Positions 7,083-16,392 of a stretch of DNA of 35,190 bases are shown here, piece by piece (positions within the stretch are counted from its first letter, which is position 1; the number at the start of each line of letters is the position of its first letter). Location of the stretch: positions 1 to 35,190 of IMG/VR virus record IMGVR_UViG_3300033067_000862; one strand, 5' to 3'. The position numbers were made by a program, and so were the translations under genes. Under the pieces are notes generated by a model that saw nothing but the letters and a program-made list of their open reading frames with translations, was not told the origin of the DNA and searched no databases. Source of the DNA: a virus. Its lineage: Duplodnaviria > Caudoviricetes.

Positions 7083-7523
7083 ATGGTGCAGGGTGTTGAA
7101 ATCAAAAGCGAGGAAAGAGAAGAAATTTGCCAGAAAATCATTGAGGGGTTATCGGGCGGCATGGGTGAGACGCTGTATGGCGTGGTGCAAAAAATGAAGC
7201 GGGTCAGTATTTCGGAGGTGTACCGATGGCGTAAAGAAGACCCTGAGTTTGACAAGGCCATCGATGCCGCCCGGCGGCTTGGCACCGAGAGCATGATTGA
7301 TTTGGCTGAAAGCAAACTGTTTAAGAACATTCACGATGGCGATATGAAATCGGTTAGGTTCTTTCTGGAGCGAAAGGGCAAAATCCGAGGCTATGCCGCG
7401 CGCACTGAATTGACAGGCGCGGATGGCGCTGCTTTGCCAACGGGCGTGGATAAAGACCGCAAGCTCACCCCTCAGGAGGAGCTGGACGCTGCCCTTGAAA
7501 TCATGCAACGCCAGCCTGAGTAG
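7083..7523 (+). CDS. terS: Terminase small subunit
   Basis: N-terminal HTH (VYRWRKEDPEF), C-terminal ELTGADG, directly upstream of TerL; SD GAGG before ATG 7083. Confidence 0.85.
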   Translation: MVQGVEIKSEEREEICQKIIEGLSGGMGETLYGVVQKMKRVSISEVYRWRKEDPEFDKAIDAARRLGTESMIDLAESKLFKNIHDGDMKSVRFFLERKGKIRGYAARTELTGADGAALPTGVDKDRKLTPQEELDAALEIMQRQPE

Positions 7524-7528
7524 CACAA

Positions 7529-9217
7529 ATGGCCGCATGGTCACCTGATTATGCCAGCGAGTTATACCGCAGGCGCATGAACGCCATTAAGGCGATTGAA
7601 AAGCCGCACCTGCAGCTGGCTTGGTGGAATTATTACGCTGCCCGGCCGATTGAATGGATTGAGGATTGGTGCTTTACCTTTGACCCGCGCAGGAACGATT
7701 TGCGCACGCTGCCCTTTATGCTTTTTCCAAAGCAGCGCGAATTCATCAAGTTTCTTGAGTATTGCCGCATCAATAAACGCAATGGCCTTGTGGAAAAATG
7801 CCGCGATGCTGGCATGACGTGGCTGTGTATTTGTTATGCGATATGGCTCTGGATATTCCATGGCGGTGCATCGGTAGGCTTTGGCTCGCGCAAACAGGAC
7901 TTAGTCGATAAAATTGGCGATCCTGATAGCATTCTGGAAAAAGGCCGGATTATCATCAAGTATCTGCCCTACTGGATGCTGCCCAAGGGGTTTGTACCAT
8001 CGAAACACTTGAATTACCTTAAGCTGGTTAACCCTGAAAATGGCGCAACCATCAAGGGTGAGGGTGGCGATAACATCGGCCGCGGCGGTCGCTCCACCAT
8101 GTATTTCAAGGATGAAAGCGCCCACTACGAGCACCCCGATTTGATTGAGGCAGCTCTGGGCGACAACACGGACGTGCAGATTGATATTTCAAGCGTGAAC
8201 GGCAGCGCGAATGTGTTTTACCGCAGGCGGCAGAGTGGCATTGTCTGGCAGGAAGGCACCGACATTCCCCCGGGCATGGTGGCAGTTTTTATCTTTGATT
8301 GGCGTGATGACCCCCGTAAAACGCAAGAATGGCATGATATGCGCCGGGCGCGTGCCGAGCGTGAAGGCCTGCTGCACATCTTCATGCAGGAGGTGGAGCG
8401 CGACTATTCCGGATCGGTGCAGGGCATCATCATCAAGCCCGAATGGGCGCGCGCCTTGCTGGATGCCGACAAGGTTATCGCAGAGCGTAAATTCGCGCAT
8501 ATTGTGGATATTGAGCAGCGTGAACGGCTCAAACAGGAATACATCGCCTCTTGGCGCAGGGGTGAACGCATAGCGGCTCAGGATATTGCCGACAACGAGC
8601 CGGGCAGTGGCGGTGATAAGAACGCCTATTTAAGCCGCCATGGCTCTGCGGTTAAGCGTATCGATTCATGGGGCGGCGAGGCAGGCGATGCCGCGCACAC
8701 GGCTGTCCCTTATGCGGTCGAGGATGGCGTACACGAGCTTTACTACGATTGCATCGGGGTTGGCGCTGGTTTCAAGGTCGAAATCAATAACATGATGCAG
8801 AAGGATTCATGGCACGAAGGCCTGCGGGTTATGCCATGGGATGCCAGCAATGCCCCGCTTAACCCCACCGACAATGTTATCGTGGGCGATGAACAAAGCC
8901 CAAAAAACGAGGACGTTTACGAAAACTTGAAAGCTCAGGCGTGGTTTTTGATGCGTGCTCGAGCGTGGAAAACATATCAGGCCGTGACCCGTGGCACTGA
9001 ATTCCCCGTTGACGAGATGGCCTGCATTCCATCTAATTTGCCCGGCGCGCATCAGCTGGTTATGGAATTGTCACAGCCCGTAAAAAAGACTAGCCTTAAA
9101 AGTGGTAAGACCGTTGTCGACAAAAAACCTGCAGGAGCTGTCAGCCCGAATATAGCGGATAGCTGCGTTATGTGTTATTGTCCAACCCGCGAAGTTTCTA
9201 TTTTTGATGTTCTATAA
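7529..9217 (+). CDS. terL: Terminase large subunit
   Basis: Walker A-like EKCRDAGMTW, GRGGR, Walker B YFKDESA, nuclease motifs QDIAD...DKNA and SPNIADS. Confidence 0.95.
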   Translation: MAAWSPDYASELYRRRMNAIKAIEKPHLQLAWWNYYAARPIEWIEDWCFTFDPRRNDLRTLPFMLFPKQREFIKFLEYCRINKRNGLVEKCRDAGMTWLCICYAIWLWIFHGGASVGFGSRKQDLVDKIGDPDSILEKGRIIIKYLPYWMLPKGFVPSKHLNYLKLVNPENGATIKGEGGDNIGRGGRSTMYFKDESAHYEHPDLIEAALGDNTDVQIDISSVNGSANVFYRRRQSGIVWQEGTDIPPGMVAVFIFDWRDDPRKTQEWHDMRRARAEREGLLHIFMQEVERDYSGSVQGIIIKPEWARALLDADKVIAERKFAHIVDIEQRERLKQEYIASWRRGERIAAQDIADNEPGSGGDKNAYLSRHGSAVKRIDSWGGEAGDAAHTAVPYAVEDGVHELYYDCIGVGAGFKVEINNMMQKDSWHEGLRVMPWDASNAPLNPTDNVIVGDEQSPKNEDVYENLKAQAWFLMRARAWKTYQAVTRGTEFPVDEMACIPSNLPGAHQLVMELSQPVKKTSLKSGKTVVDKKPAGAVSPNIADSCVMCYCPTREVSIFDVL

Positions 9218-9228
9218 AGGGCAGTCCC

Positions 9229-10668
9229 ATGAACAACCTTGTGACGATTTCAACTGCGAGTGATGAGGCTGCTTTGGAATACGCAGAGGAATTCGTCAAC
9301 TCCCTCTCCTCTCTGGCCAGCTCATTGAGCCCAAGCCCGTATGGCTCGCCCCAATTAAGCCAATCCGACACGCTGTTTTACAACCTGCGCTGGTATCTCA
9401 TATCCAACATGCGCCAGCTACTCAGCGAGCTGTTTGTCGAACATGGCATTGTGCAAACCCTTATTGACCAGCCTGTGGATGACGCATTCCGTTCTGGGTT
9501 TGAAATCAAAAGCAGCAATTTAAGCGCCGATGATATTGAACAGCTTTTGATTTATGAAAAGCGAAACGGTGTTATCCGCGCGCTTATGCAAGCCAGAAAA
9601 TGGGCGCGCCTGTATGGCGGTGGTGCTGTATTGCTGGTTACAGACCAAGACCCAGTGACTCCGCTGGATATCAAAAAAATCAAGCCCAGCACCCCTCTGG
9701 AGTTTCGTGCTGTTGATATGTGGGAGCTGTATTTTGCCCAGCAAAACACCACGGGCACTATGGAGGTTGGCGGTGCTTTGTGTGAAAATAAGGGCGAGTT
9801 TTACGATTATTACGGGAAGCCCGTGCATAAGAGCCGGGTGTTGCGTTGTGAGGGCAAGCAGGCACCATCATTCATTCGCCCTCGCCTGCGCGGCTGGGGT
9901 ATGTCGGAGCTGGAGCGCCTTGTGCGCAGCCTCAATCAATACCTGAAAAATCAGGACGTTATCTTTGAGCTTTTGGATGAAGCCAAGGTTGATGTTTATA
10001 AAATTAAGGGTTTCAATAATTCATTAATGACGAAGGATGGCACGTCAAAAACAGCAAGCCGGGTGCAACTTGCGAATCAGATTAAAAATTTCACCAACGG
10101 CTTGATGATGGATGCCGAGGATGAATACGAACAAAAACAAATCAATTTCACTGGCCTTAATGACATGCTGCTGCAGATACGCCAAGGAATCGCGGCTGAT
10201 TTGAAGATGCCAATGACAAAGCTATTCGGCATCAGCGCGGCTGGGTTTAATTCGGGTGAAGACGATATTGAAAACTATAATTCCATGCTGGAGTCGGAAA
10301 TCCGCGCGCCTAGCGAGTTTCAAGTGGTTGAGCTGCTGCAAATCAGCTGCCAGAAGCTATTCGGCACCACCATCCCTGATTTGATGATTACGTGGAATCC
10401 GCTGCGCATCTTGAATGCGAAGGAAGAGGAAGAGGTCAAGGACAGCCAGCTTAATCGCGTTATGTCTGTGTACGATCGCGGCCTGTGTGACGCTCAGGAA
10501 GCCAAAGAAAGCATTAATGCTGGCTCGCTGTTGCCTCAGGAGATAGATGCCAAGAGCGATGCCTTGCCTGCCCCCGGCAGCGCCGATGGCGGTGATGTTG
10601 CTGGCATGGGTGGCGGTGACGCTGGAAAGCAAACGAAAGAAGCAAAGCAAGCACCAAAAGAGGCCTAA
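9229..10668 (+). CDS. Portal protein (DUF1073/HI1409 type)
   Basis: Follows TerL; ARLYGGG, VHKSRVL, GWGMSELE, PMTKLFGISAAGFNSGEDDIENY. Confidence 0.92.
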   Translation: MNNLVTISTASDEAALEYAEEFVNSLSSLASSLSPSPYGSPQLSQSDTLFYNLRWYLISNMRQLLSELFVEHGIVQTLIDQPVDDAFRSGFEIKSSNLSADDIEQLLIYEKRNGVIRALMQARKWARLYGGGAVLLVTDQDPVTPLDIKKIKPSTPLEFRAVDMWELYFAQQNTTGTMEVGGALCENKGEFYDYYGKPVHKSRVLRCEGKQAPSFIRPRLRGWGMSELERLVRSLNQYLKNQDVIFELLDEAKVDVYKIKGFNNSLMTKDGTSKTASRVQLANQIKNFTNGLMMDAEDEYEQKQINFTGLNDMLLQIRQGIAADLKMPMTKLFGISAAGFNSGEDDIENYNSMLESEIRAPSEFQVVELLQISCQKLFGTTIPDLMITWNPLRILNAKEEEEVKDSQLNRVMSVYDRGLCDAQEAKESINAGSLLPQEIDAKSDALPAPGSADGGDVAGMGGGDAGKQTKEAKQAPKEA

Positions 10669-11616
10669 GTGAAAGCCTTACCCCCTATCGTTTTGCGTGA
10701 CAAATACTGGCACGACATTGAGGTTTCGATTAAGCGCCAGCTGGACGATGATATCTATCGCCCCCTTGCTGCTGCCTGCGCGGTGCCCTTCAAAGAAATA
10801 CAAAACGCTGCAACCTCTGCCCTGTCTCAGGCGATTGTGGATGGCGTTATCTGGTATGAAGGCGGCTATTTCAGGGGTGAATTCAATGCCCGAACCACAG
10901 CGGAATTGCGCGGCATTGGCGCTCAATTCAATTATGCCATGAAAGCGTGGCAGCTGGATTTGGTAGACATGCCCCCTGCCCTTAGTTTTGCGCAGGCCGC
11001 GGCCGACAGCCGATTTAACAATATGCGCAAGGCATTCCTTCACACGCTGGATGATATTGAAAACAAGGCTTTTGACTGGTACAGCGCGACCCGCGACCGA
11101 TACCGCGAATCAATCAACTGGATGGACAAAGATTTTTATGATGCGGTCAGCAGCATCGCCATCCCGCCCGTTTTAACGTCCGACCAGAAGCAGCTTATTG
11201 CCAGTGAATGGGGGCAGAACCTTGAGCTTTACGTGCAAAAGTGGCGCGCGCAAAGCATCACGCAAATGCGCCAGAAGGTGATGGCGAATACGTTTGAAGG
11301 CCGCCGAGCCTCTGCCTTAATTAATATGTTGCGCCAAAGCCATGGTGTTTCGATGCGTAAGGCCGAGTTTCTCGCCCGGCAGGAAACATCACTTTTGCTT
11401 TCAAAATATAAGCAAAGCCGCGCAAAGGATATGGGTTTACCTATGTATCGATGGTCAACCTCGCATGATGAACGGGTGCGCAGCGACCATCGGCACCTTA
11501 ATGGCAAAACGTTTTTATGGAGCGACCCGCCAGTCACCAATCACAAAACGGGGGCGCGAAATAATCCGGGCGAGGATTTCGGTTGTCGTTGCGTTGCCAT
11601 CATGCTTGTGAGATAA
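10669..11616 (+). CDS. Minor head protein (SPP1 gp7 / Mu gpF family)
   Basis: RKAEFLARQET, YRWSTSHDERVRSDH, NPGEDFGCRC. Confidence 0.93.
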   Translation: MKALPPIVLRDKYWHDIEVSIKRQLDDDIYRPLAAACAVPFKEIQNAATSALSQAIVDGVIWYEGGYFRGEFNARTTAELRGIGAQFNYAMKAWQLDLVDMPPALSFAQAAADSRFNNMRKAFLHTLDDIENKAFDWYSATRDRYRESINWMDKDFYDAVSSIAIPPVLTSDQKQLIASEWGQNLELYVQKWRAQSITQMRQKVMANTFEGRRASALINMLRQSHGVSMRKAEFLARQETSLLLSKYKQSRAKDMGLPMYRWSTSHDERVRSDHRHLNGKTFLWSDPPVTNHKTGARNNPGEDFGCRCVAIMLVR

Positions 11617-11625
11617 TGCCCAGAC

Positions 11626-11640
11626 TTAACCACAGCTTAA
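11626..11640. promoter_or_regulatory. CtrA-like box TTAA-N7-TTAA
   Basis: TTAA-CCACAGC-TTAA in the 33-bp gap before the protease gene; first half-site is TTAACC. Confidence 0.45.
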
Positions 11641-11649
11641 TGGCCTAAA

Positions 11650-12759
11650 ATGACCACGCCAAACAAAGACGAATCGCAGAAACAGAACGCAGTGAGTCAG
11701 AAGCCGCTGCATTTTTATGCGCGTCATATGCAGCCCGGTGTTTGTGGCTATGAGAATGAAGTGGTGCTAGTCGACACCGATGCAATGAAAAAGCTGATTC
11801 CCTCTGGCATGGGCATCCCTGTTTATATTGGCCATCAAAAGGTCGAATACTCCACCATGAAAGAGAAGGCCTGCGGTTATGTAGTCGAGAGCTTTTACAA
11901 CGAGCTTGATGGCTGGGCGTGGTTTAAGTTTATTGCGATTGATGATGAAGCTCGCGCTGCAATCGCTAAAGGTTGGAAGGTTTCAAACGCATACGTTCCC
12001 TCAGAATGGGGTGTAGGCGGTAAGAAAAATAATTGTGATTATCATCGTGAAGTTTTAAATGGCACGTTCACGCATCTTGCAATCGTGCCTGATCCGCGAT
12101 ATGAAGAAGCAGACATTATGACTTCGGATGAGTTTAAGGCTTATCAGGAATCCAAAAAACGGGAACTAGCCGAACTAAAAAATTCTCTGCCCTCCTCGAA
12201 AGGAAAGACCATGTTTAAAGGTTTCAAATTTTTCAAGACCGAAAAAAAAGAAGTAACCGAACCTGATATGGATACCACGGTCGAATTGACCAATGACAAG
12301 GGCGAAGTAATCACTGTTACGCTTGGCGAAATGGTCAATGCAGTTAAGAAAAATGCCGAAGACGAAAAGAAAAAGGCCGATGAAGGCAAGGACGATAAAA
12401 AGTCCGAAATGGCAAACGGCGACCAGATGATTGATATTGATGGCGAAATCATGCCAATCCGCGAGCTTGCTAATCGTTACAAAAAGCTGAACGAAAAGAA
12501 AAACGCTGACGATGACGATGCCAAGAAAAAGGCAGACGAAGAGAAAGCTAATTCCGAAAAGGAAGCAGCTGACAAGGCCGAAAAGGAAAAGGCCGAAAAG
12601 GAAAAAACCAACGCTATGAGCGATGGTACCGACATGAAGCATTTTGAAGAACTGCGCAACGCCCATAAACAGGCGGTTAAATCAGCGCCGCGCATCATCG
12701 AAACTGGAAGCCAACAGCTCCAGCGTGGTAAGGAAATGTTTAGCTTCAGTAAAGACTAA
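11650..12759 (+). CDS. Prohead protease-scaffold (DUF2213 type)
   Basis: IPVYIGHQ, KVSNAY, THLAIVPDPRY; K/E/D-rich C-terminal scaffold; located between minor head and capsid genes. Confidence 0.88.
   Translation: MTTPNKDESQKQNAVSQKPLHFYARHMQPGVCGYENEVVLVDTDAMKKLIPSGMGIPVYIGHQKVEYSTMKEKACGYVVESFYNELDGWAWFKFIAIDDEARAAIAKGWKVSNAYVPSEWGVGGKKNNCDYHREVLNGTFTHLAIVPDPRYEEADIMTSDEFKAYQESKKRELAELKNSLPSSKGKTMFKGFKFFKTEKKEVTEPDMDTTVELTNDKGEVITVTLGEMVNAVKKNAEDEKKKADEGKDDKKSEMANGDQMIDIDGEIMPIRELANRYKKLNEKKNADDDDAKKKADEEKANSEKEAADKAEKEKAEKEKTNAMSDGTDMKHFEELRNAHKQAVKSAPRIIETGSQQLQRGKEMFSFSKD
12211..12759 (+). CDS. Nested in-frame scaffolding protein (internal start)
   Basis: AAGGA SD 6 nt before in-frame ATG 12211 at the domain boundary; analogous to lambda C/Nu3. 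Confidence 0.6.
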   Translation: MFKGFKFFKTEKKEVTEPDMDTTVELTNDKGEVITVTLGEMVNAVKKNAEDEKKKADEGKDDKKSEMANGDQMIDIDGEIMPIRELANRYKKLNEKKNADDDDAKKKADEEKANSEKEAADKAEKEKAEKEKTNAMSDGTDMKHFEELRNAHKQAVKSAPRIIETGSQQLQRGKEMFSFSKD

Positions 12760-12820
12760 GGACTAAGGCCACTAATACGCACGGTAAAACTTAAACGCTA
12801 CCATCTACAGGAGACAGACA

Positions 12821-13663
12821 ATGCCTTTAAATATTAATCAATTCCAACAGTCTACCGTTCAAGGTCAAACCGACCTTACTGGTTTTGGTGGCAATGTTAT
12901 CACCTGTCAGGTTGATGCGGCTCAGGCCACTGCCCTTGTTGCGGGTCAAGCTGTAAAAGGCGCTGCGACCGCGGGTGGCGTGCCTAAGGTTCTTGCCGCT
13001 GCTGCTGCAAACGACCCAATCTTTGGTTTTGTGGTTCGCAATCTTAAAGATGCGAGCTTCCCAGCTAATTCAATGGTTGAAATCGCATCATTCGGTACTG
13101 TTGTATGGATGACCGCAGGTGGTGCGATTGCCCGTTTTGGCTCAATCGAAATCGTGCCGGGCACCATCAAGGTTATTGCCAACGCAGGCGTTAACCCTGT
13201 TGCTGGTATGGCTCTTGATAAGGCGACCGCTGATAACGATCTCATTCGCGTACTGGTTCAGGTTCCATTTGCTGCTGCTGATGCCGCAAATCCTAACCTT
13301 GTTCAAACTGTCAATGTCACTGCGACTTTGGCCGAAATCAATGCTGGCAAGGTTTTAATCCCCGGTATCGCTGGTCAAAAAATCACTGTCGTGGACTACA
13401 CGGCTCGCGTGACTGGTGGTTTTGCAACTGGTACATCGGTCAAATTGCAATCGACAAACGGTGCGCCTGTTGATGTGACAACCATCGCAGAAGCTGGTTT
13501 GACCAATGGTGCAATTCTTTTGCCAGCAAGCGCAAACACCACCCTTGGCGCTGGATATGCCCAGCCCCTTGGCACTGCTGATGGCTTGAAGGTTGTGAAC
13601 GTAGGTGCGGCTCAAACGGGCGGTACCAGCATCGACTTCGCCATCTCATTCAAGCAAGTTTAA
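12821..13663 (+). CDS. Head decoration/cement protein with an extra C-terminal beta domain
   Basis: Between scaffold and MCP; Ala/Gly/Val-rich; strong SD AGGAG. Confidence 0.75.
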   Translation: MPLNINQFQQSTVQGQTDLTGFGGNVITCQVDAAQATALVAGQAVKGAATAGGVPKVLAAAAANDPIFGFVVRNLKDASFPANSMVEIASFGTVVWMTAGGAIARFGSIEIVPGTIKVIANAGVNPVAGMALDKATADNDLIRVLVQVPFAAADAANPNLVQTVNVTATLAEINAGKVLIPGIAGQKITVVDYTARVTGGFATGTSVKLQSTNGAPVDVTTIAEAGLTNGAILLPASANTTLGAGYAQPLGTADGLKVVNVGAAQTGGTSIDFAISFKQV

Positions 13664-13727
13664 TAACTACCACCACTGAGGCTTAATACCTTTGGCTTAA
13701 AAAACACCACAAGACGGGAGCACTAAA

Positions 13728-14798
13728 ATGAAATATCAAGTCCTTAATTCCAAAGGCCAGCCTATTGAGTTAACGCCAGAGGAAAAAATGCGCGCGGCCA
13801 TGCTGCAACGCAATCCTGAAATCGTGATGGCCAATCAGGAGCTCGCTAATTCCATGGGCTTGGAAAATGCCCTTGGCTTTGAAATCAACATCACCACGTT
13901 GACTGAAATTTCAAAGAGCATCACCGAGCAAAAATTCTTTGAAATCCCAATCGCTGACTACCTCCCGGTTCGCGTGGGCAATAACGCATGGTCATCGAAC
14001 ATCGTAACCTATCGCTCATTTGAGCTTGGCGGCGACTTCGAAGCTGGCAACATCAACACGGGCGCTTCAAACAGCCGCTTGGCCGAAGCAGACTCAGGCG
14101 TTGATACCTTGACTAACCCAGTGGTTAACTGGGCTAAGAAGCTCAACTACACAATCTTTGACCTTAAGCTGGCTGCAAAGTCTGGCAACTGGGACTTAGT
14201 GACCTCTAAGGAACGCGCCCGTAAGAAAAACTGGGACTTGGGTATCCAGAAAATTGCTTTCTTGGGTTCAAGCACCAACGCTGCGGTTCTTGGCCTATTA
14301 AACCAATCGACTGTAAACGTGAACACTACGCTGATTACTGCTTTCATTAACAGCTTGAGCTCTGCAAACTTTGCAGTGTTTGTTCAAAGCATCATTGAAG
14401 CGTACCGCAGCAACTGCGCACGTACTGCATTCCCGACCCACTTCATTATCCCAGAAGGCGATTACAACGGCCTTGCAACGCCTGTGAGCCCAACCTATCC
14501 AAACATTACCATGTTGGATTACCTGTTGCAGGCTTTCAAGCTCATCACCCGTAATCCAAACTTTAAGATTTTGCCTTGCGCTTATTGCGACAAAGCAAAC
14601 TCTGGAACCATCAACAAGAACACCTACGTATTGCTGAACTATGATGAAGACAGCTTGCGCATGGACGTTCCCGTTCCATACGGCAACACCTTGCAAAACA
14701 CCATCAACGGCTTCCAGTTTGAAAACGTAGGTTATGGTCAGTACACTGGCGCTCTGGCCTACCGTCCATTGGAAATGCTATACTTCCAATTCGGTTAA
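13728..14798 (+). CDS. Major capsid protein (DUF2184-like, HK97 fold)
   Basis: 356 aa; AFLGS...GLLNQ, PTHFIIP; highly biased codon usage; followed by a terminator. Confidence 0.9.
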   Translation: MKYQVLNSKGQPIELTPEEKMRAAMLQRNPEIVMANQELANSMGLENALGFEINITTLTEISKSITEQKFFEIPIADYLPVRVGNNAWSSNIVTYRSFELGGDFEAGNINTGASNSRLAEADSGVDTLTNPVVNWAKKLNYTIFDLKLAAKSGNWDLVTSKERARKKNWDLGIQKIAFLGSSTNAAVLGLLNQSTVNVNTTLITAFINSLSSANFAVFVQSIIEAYRSNCARTAFPTHFIIPEGDYNGLATPVSPTYPNITMLDYLLQAFKLITRNPNFKILPCAYCDKANSGTINKNTYVLLNYDEDSLRMDVPVPYGNTLQNTINGFQFENVGYGQYTGALAYRPLEMLYFQFG

Positions 14799-14817
14799 TA
14801 AGTTAAGTTACGGGGCT

Positions 14818-14849
14818 GCGGGGCTGTAAAAAGCCCCGCCTCTCCTTTT
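14818..14849 (+). terminator. Rho-independent terminator-like hairpin after the MCP gene
   Basis: GCGGGGCT-GTAAAA-AGCCCCGC followed by CTCTCCTTTT. Confidence 0.65.
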
Positions 14850-14881
14850 ATACCCACCAACCGCAACAAAAGGATTTTGTC

Positions 14882-15289
14882 ATGAAGATTTTCAATAAAG
14901 GTAAGCGCCGCATCGATCATGCAACTGGTAGCCTGCAACCACAAACCGCGGCTGAATTCACCGATGAAGCAGGCGCATATTTGCTTGGCCTTTTCCCCAA
15001 TGAATTGATTGACATGAACAATGTCACTGAACAAAAGCTCGCGCTTTTAAGCGATAGCGCTTTGCATGAAGAAATTAAGCGCACGGATGATGAAATCGCC
15101 CAGCGTTTGACCGAAGCTCGCGCTAAAAAAGCACAAGCCGCATTTGATGCTGCTGTTGCTGAAGGTTTCAGTGAAGAGGAAGCTGCAGCGATCGCTGGCA
15201 TCCCTGTTCCTGTAAAAGAACCAGCCCCAGCTGAAGGTGAAGCTGAAAAGCCAAAGCCAGCGCAAAAGGCAAGCAAGAAATCGGCTTAA
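14882..15289 (+). CDS. Hypothetical head-associated protein
   Basis: 135 aa; SD AAGGA; A/E/K/P-rich tail; post-MCP position. Confidence 0.8.
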   Translation: MKIFNKGKRRIDHATGSLQPQTAAEFTDEAGAYLLGLFPNELIDMNNVTEQKLALLSDSALHEEIKRTDDEIAQRLTEARAKKAQAAFDAAVAEGFSEEEAAAIAGIPVPVKEPAPAEGEAEKPKPAQKASKKSA

Positions 15290-15307
15290 TCTCCATGAGG
15301 TGGCGAT

Positions 15308-15886
15308 ATGGATTTGACCACCATCACCATCGCCCAATTTAAGGCGCTTTTCTTTCGGGATTTTCCTTACTTTAGCGATATCCAATATGACGCAGCCGCC
15401 ACGTATAACACGGGCGATGAGGTCTATTATCCAACCACGAAGCTGTTTTATTCCGCGCTTGTGGATGGCGTGACAGCAACCGCGCCAACCGATGCCACTA
15501 AATGGGTAAAGGTTGCGGATAGTATTGACAATTACATTCAGGATGCGGACATCACCAAGGCGTTTGCCGAGGCTCTGGCCGTGGTCAATCAATCGCTTTT
15601 TGGTAATGACGACATCATCACCATGGCTTTTCTTTACATGGCCGCGCATTACCTATCCAATGACATTAAGGTGGCTATGGGTGGCGTTTCGTCATCGGCT
15701 GCATTCCCTATGCAGTCACGCAGCGCAGGCAGCGTCAGCGTGTCTTATGCGGTGCCTGAGGCCTTTATTAAAAACCCCATCTATGCCATGTATGCCCAAA
15801 CGGGATATGGCATGAAGTATCTTGCTCTGGCCATGCCAAGCATGACTGGGAATATGGTAGGCATTTGTGCGGATACCAACCCATGA
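15308..15886 (+). CDS. Head-tail adaptor (DUF4054 type) with an inserted CBM5/12-like module
   Basis: FKALFFRDFPY, YMAAHYL, SRSAGSVSVSY, QTGYGMKYL. Confidence 0.88.
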   Translation: MDLTTITIAQFKALFFRDFPYFSDIQYDAAATYNTGDEVYYPTTKLFYSALVDGVTATAPTDATKWVKVADSIDNYIQDADITKAFAEALAVVNQSLFGNDDIITMAFLYMAAHYLSNDIKVAMGGVSSSAAFPMQSRSAGSVSVSYAVPEAFIKNPIYAMYAQTGYGMKYLALAMPSMTGNMVGICADTNP

Positions 15887-16392
15887 AAAACACAGAAATC
15901 AGATTCAACCTTGATGGCTTGGATGATATCAAGGCCAAGGTTGGGTCAAACATGCGCGCGCGAGTCGGCGTACTGGGTTCAAAGGTGACGCGCCACGATG
16001 GTGATAAAAGCGGTATCACCAATGCTGAATTGATGCTCATCCAGATGTTTGGAAGCGTCACCCGCAACATACCGCCACGCGACCCTCTCTTGGCTCCCCT
16101 GATTAAAAAGCGCCGGGAGCTGCTGAAGTCTCTGGCCACGGGTGAGATGCGCGAAGCCTTTATGGCTGGGGATTATAAAAAGATGTTTATGTTACTTGGC
16201 GTGAAGGCCGAGGAATTCGTGCAGCAAGCCTTTGAAACAGGCGGCTTTGGTGAATGGCCTAAAAACGCCCCATCCACCATTATGGCAAAAGGAAGCAGCC
16301 AGCCTTTGATTGACACGGGCGAGCTGCGTAAATCGGTGACCAGCGATGTGGTGACCAATGCTGGCAAATCATCGCGTCTGGCAGGTGCATGA
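15883..16392 (+). CDS. Neck / virion morphogenesis protein
   Basis: ARVGVLG, IPPRDPL, WPKNAPSTIMAKGSSQPLIDTGELRKSVT; start reassigned to the ATGA overlap at 15883. Confidence 0.85.
   Translation: MKNTEIRFNLDGLDDIKAKVGSNMRARVGVLGSKVTRHDGDKSGITNAELMLIQMFGSVTRNIPPRDPLLAPLIKKRRELLKSLATGEMREAFMAGDYKKMFMLLGVKAEEFVQQAFETGGFGEWPKNAPSTIMAKGSSQPLIDTGELRKSVTSDVVTNAGKSSRLAGA

Noticed and set aside
9229-10668. Possible anti-CBASS Acb1 label for the DUF1073 protein
   Set aside because: Position and motifs indicate a portal; I saw no 2H-phosphoesterase (paired HxT) domain.
12144-12698. Hydrophobic antisense ORFs opposite the scaffold
   Set aside because: Shadow frames of K/E-rich codons; the same applies to other antisense ORFs across the late operon.
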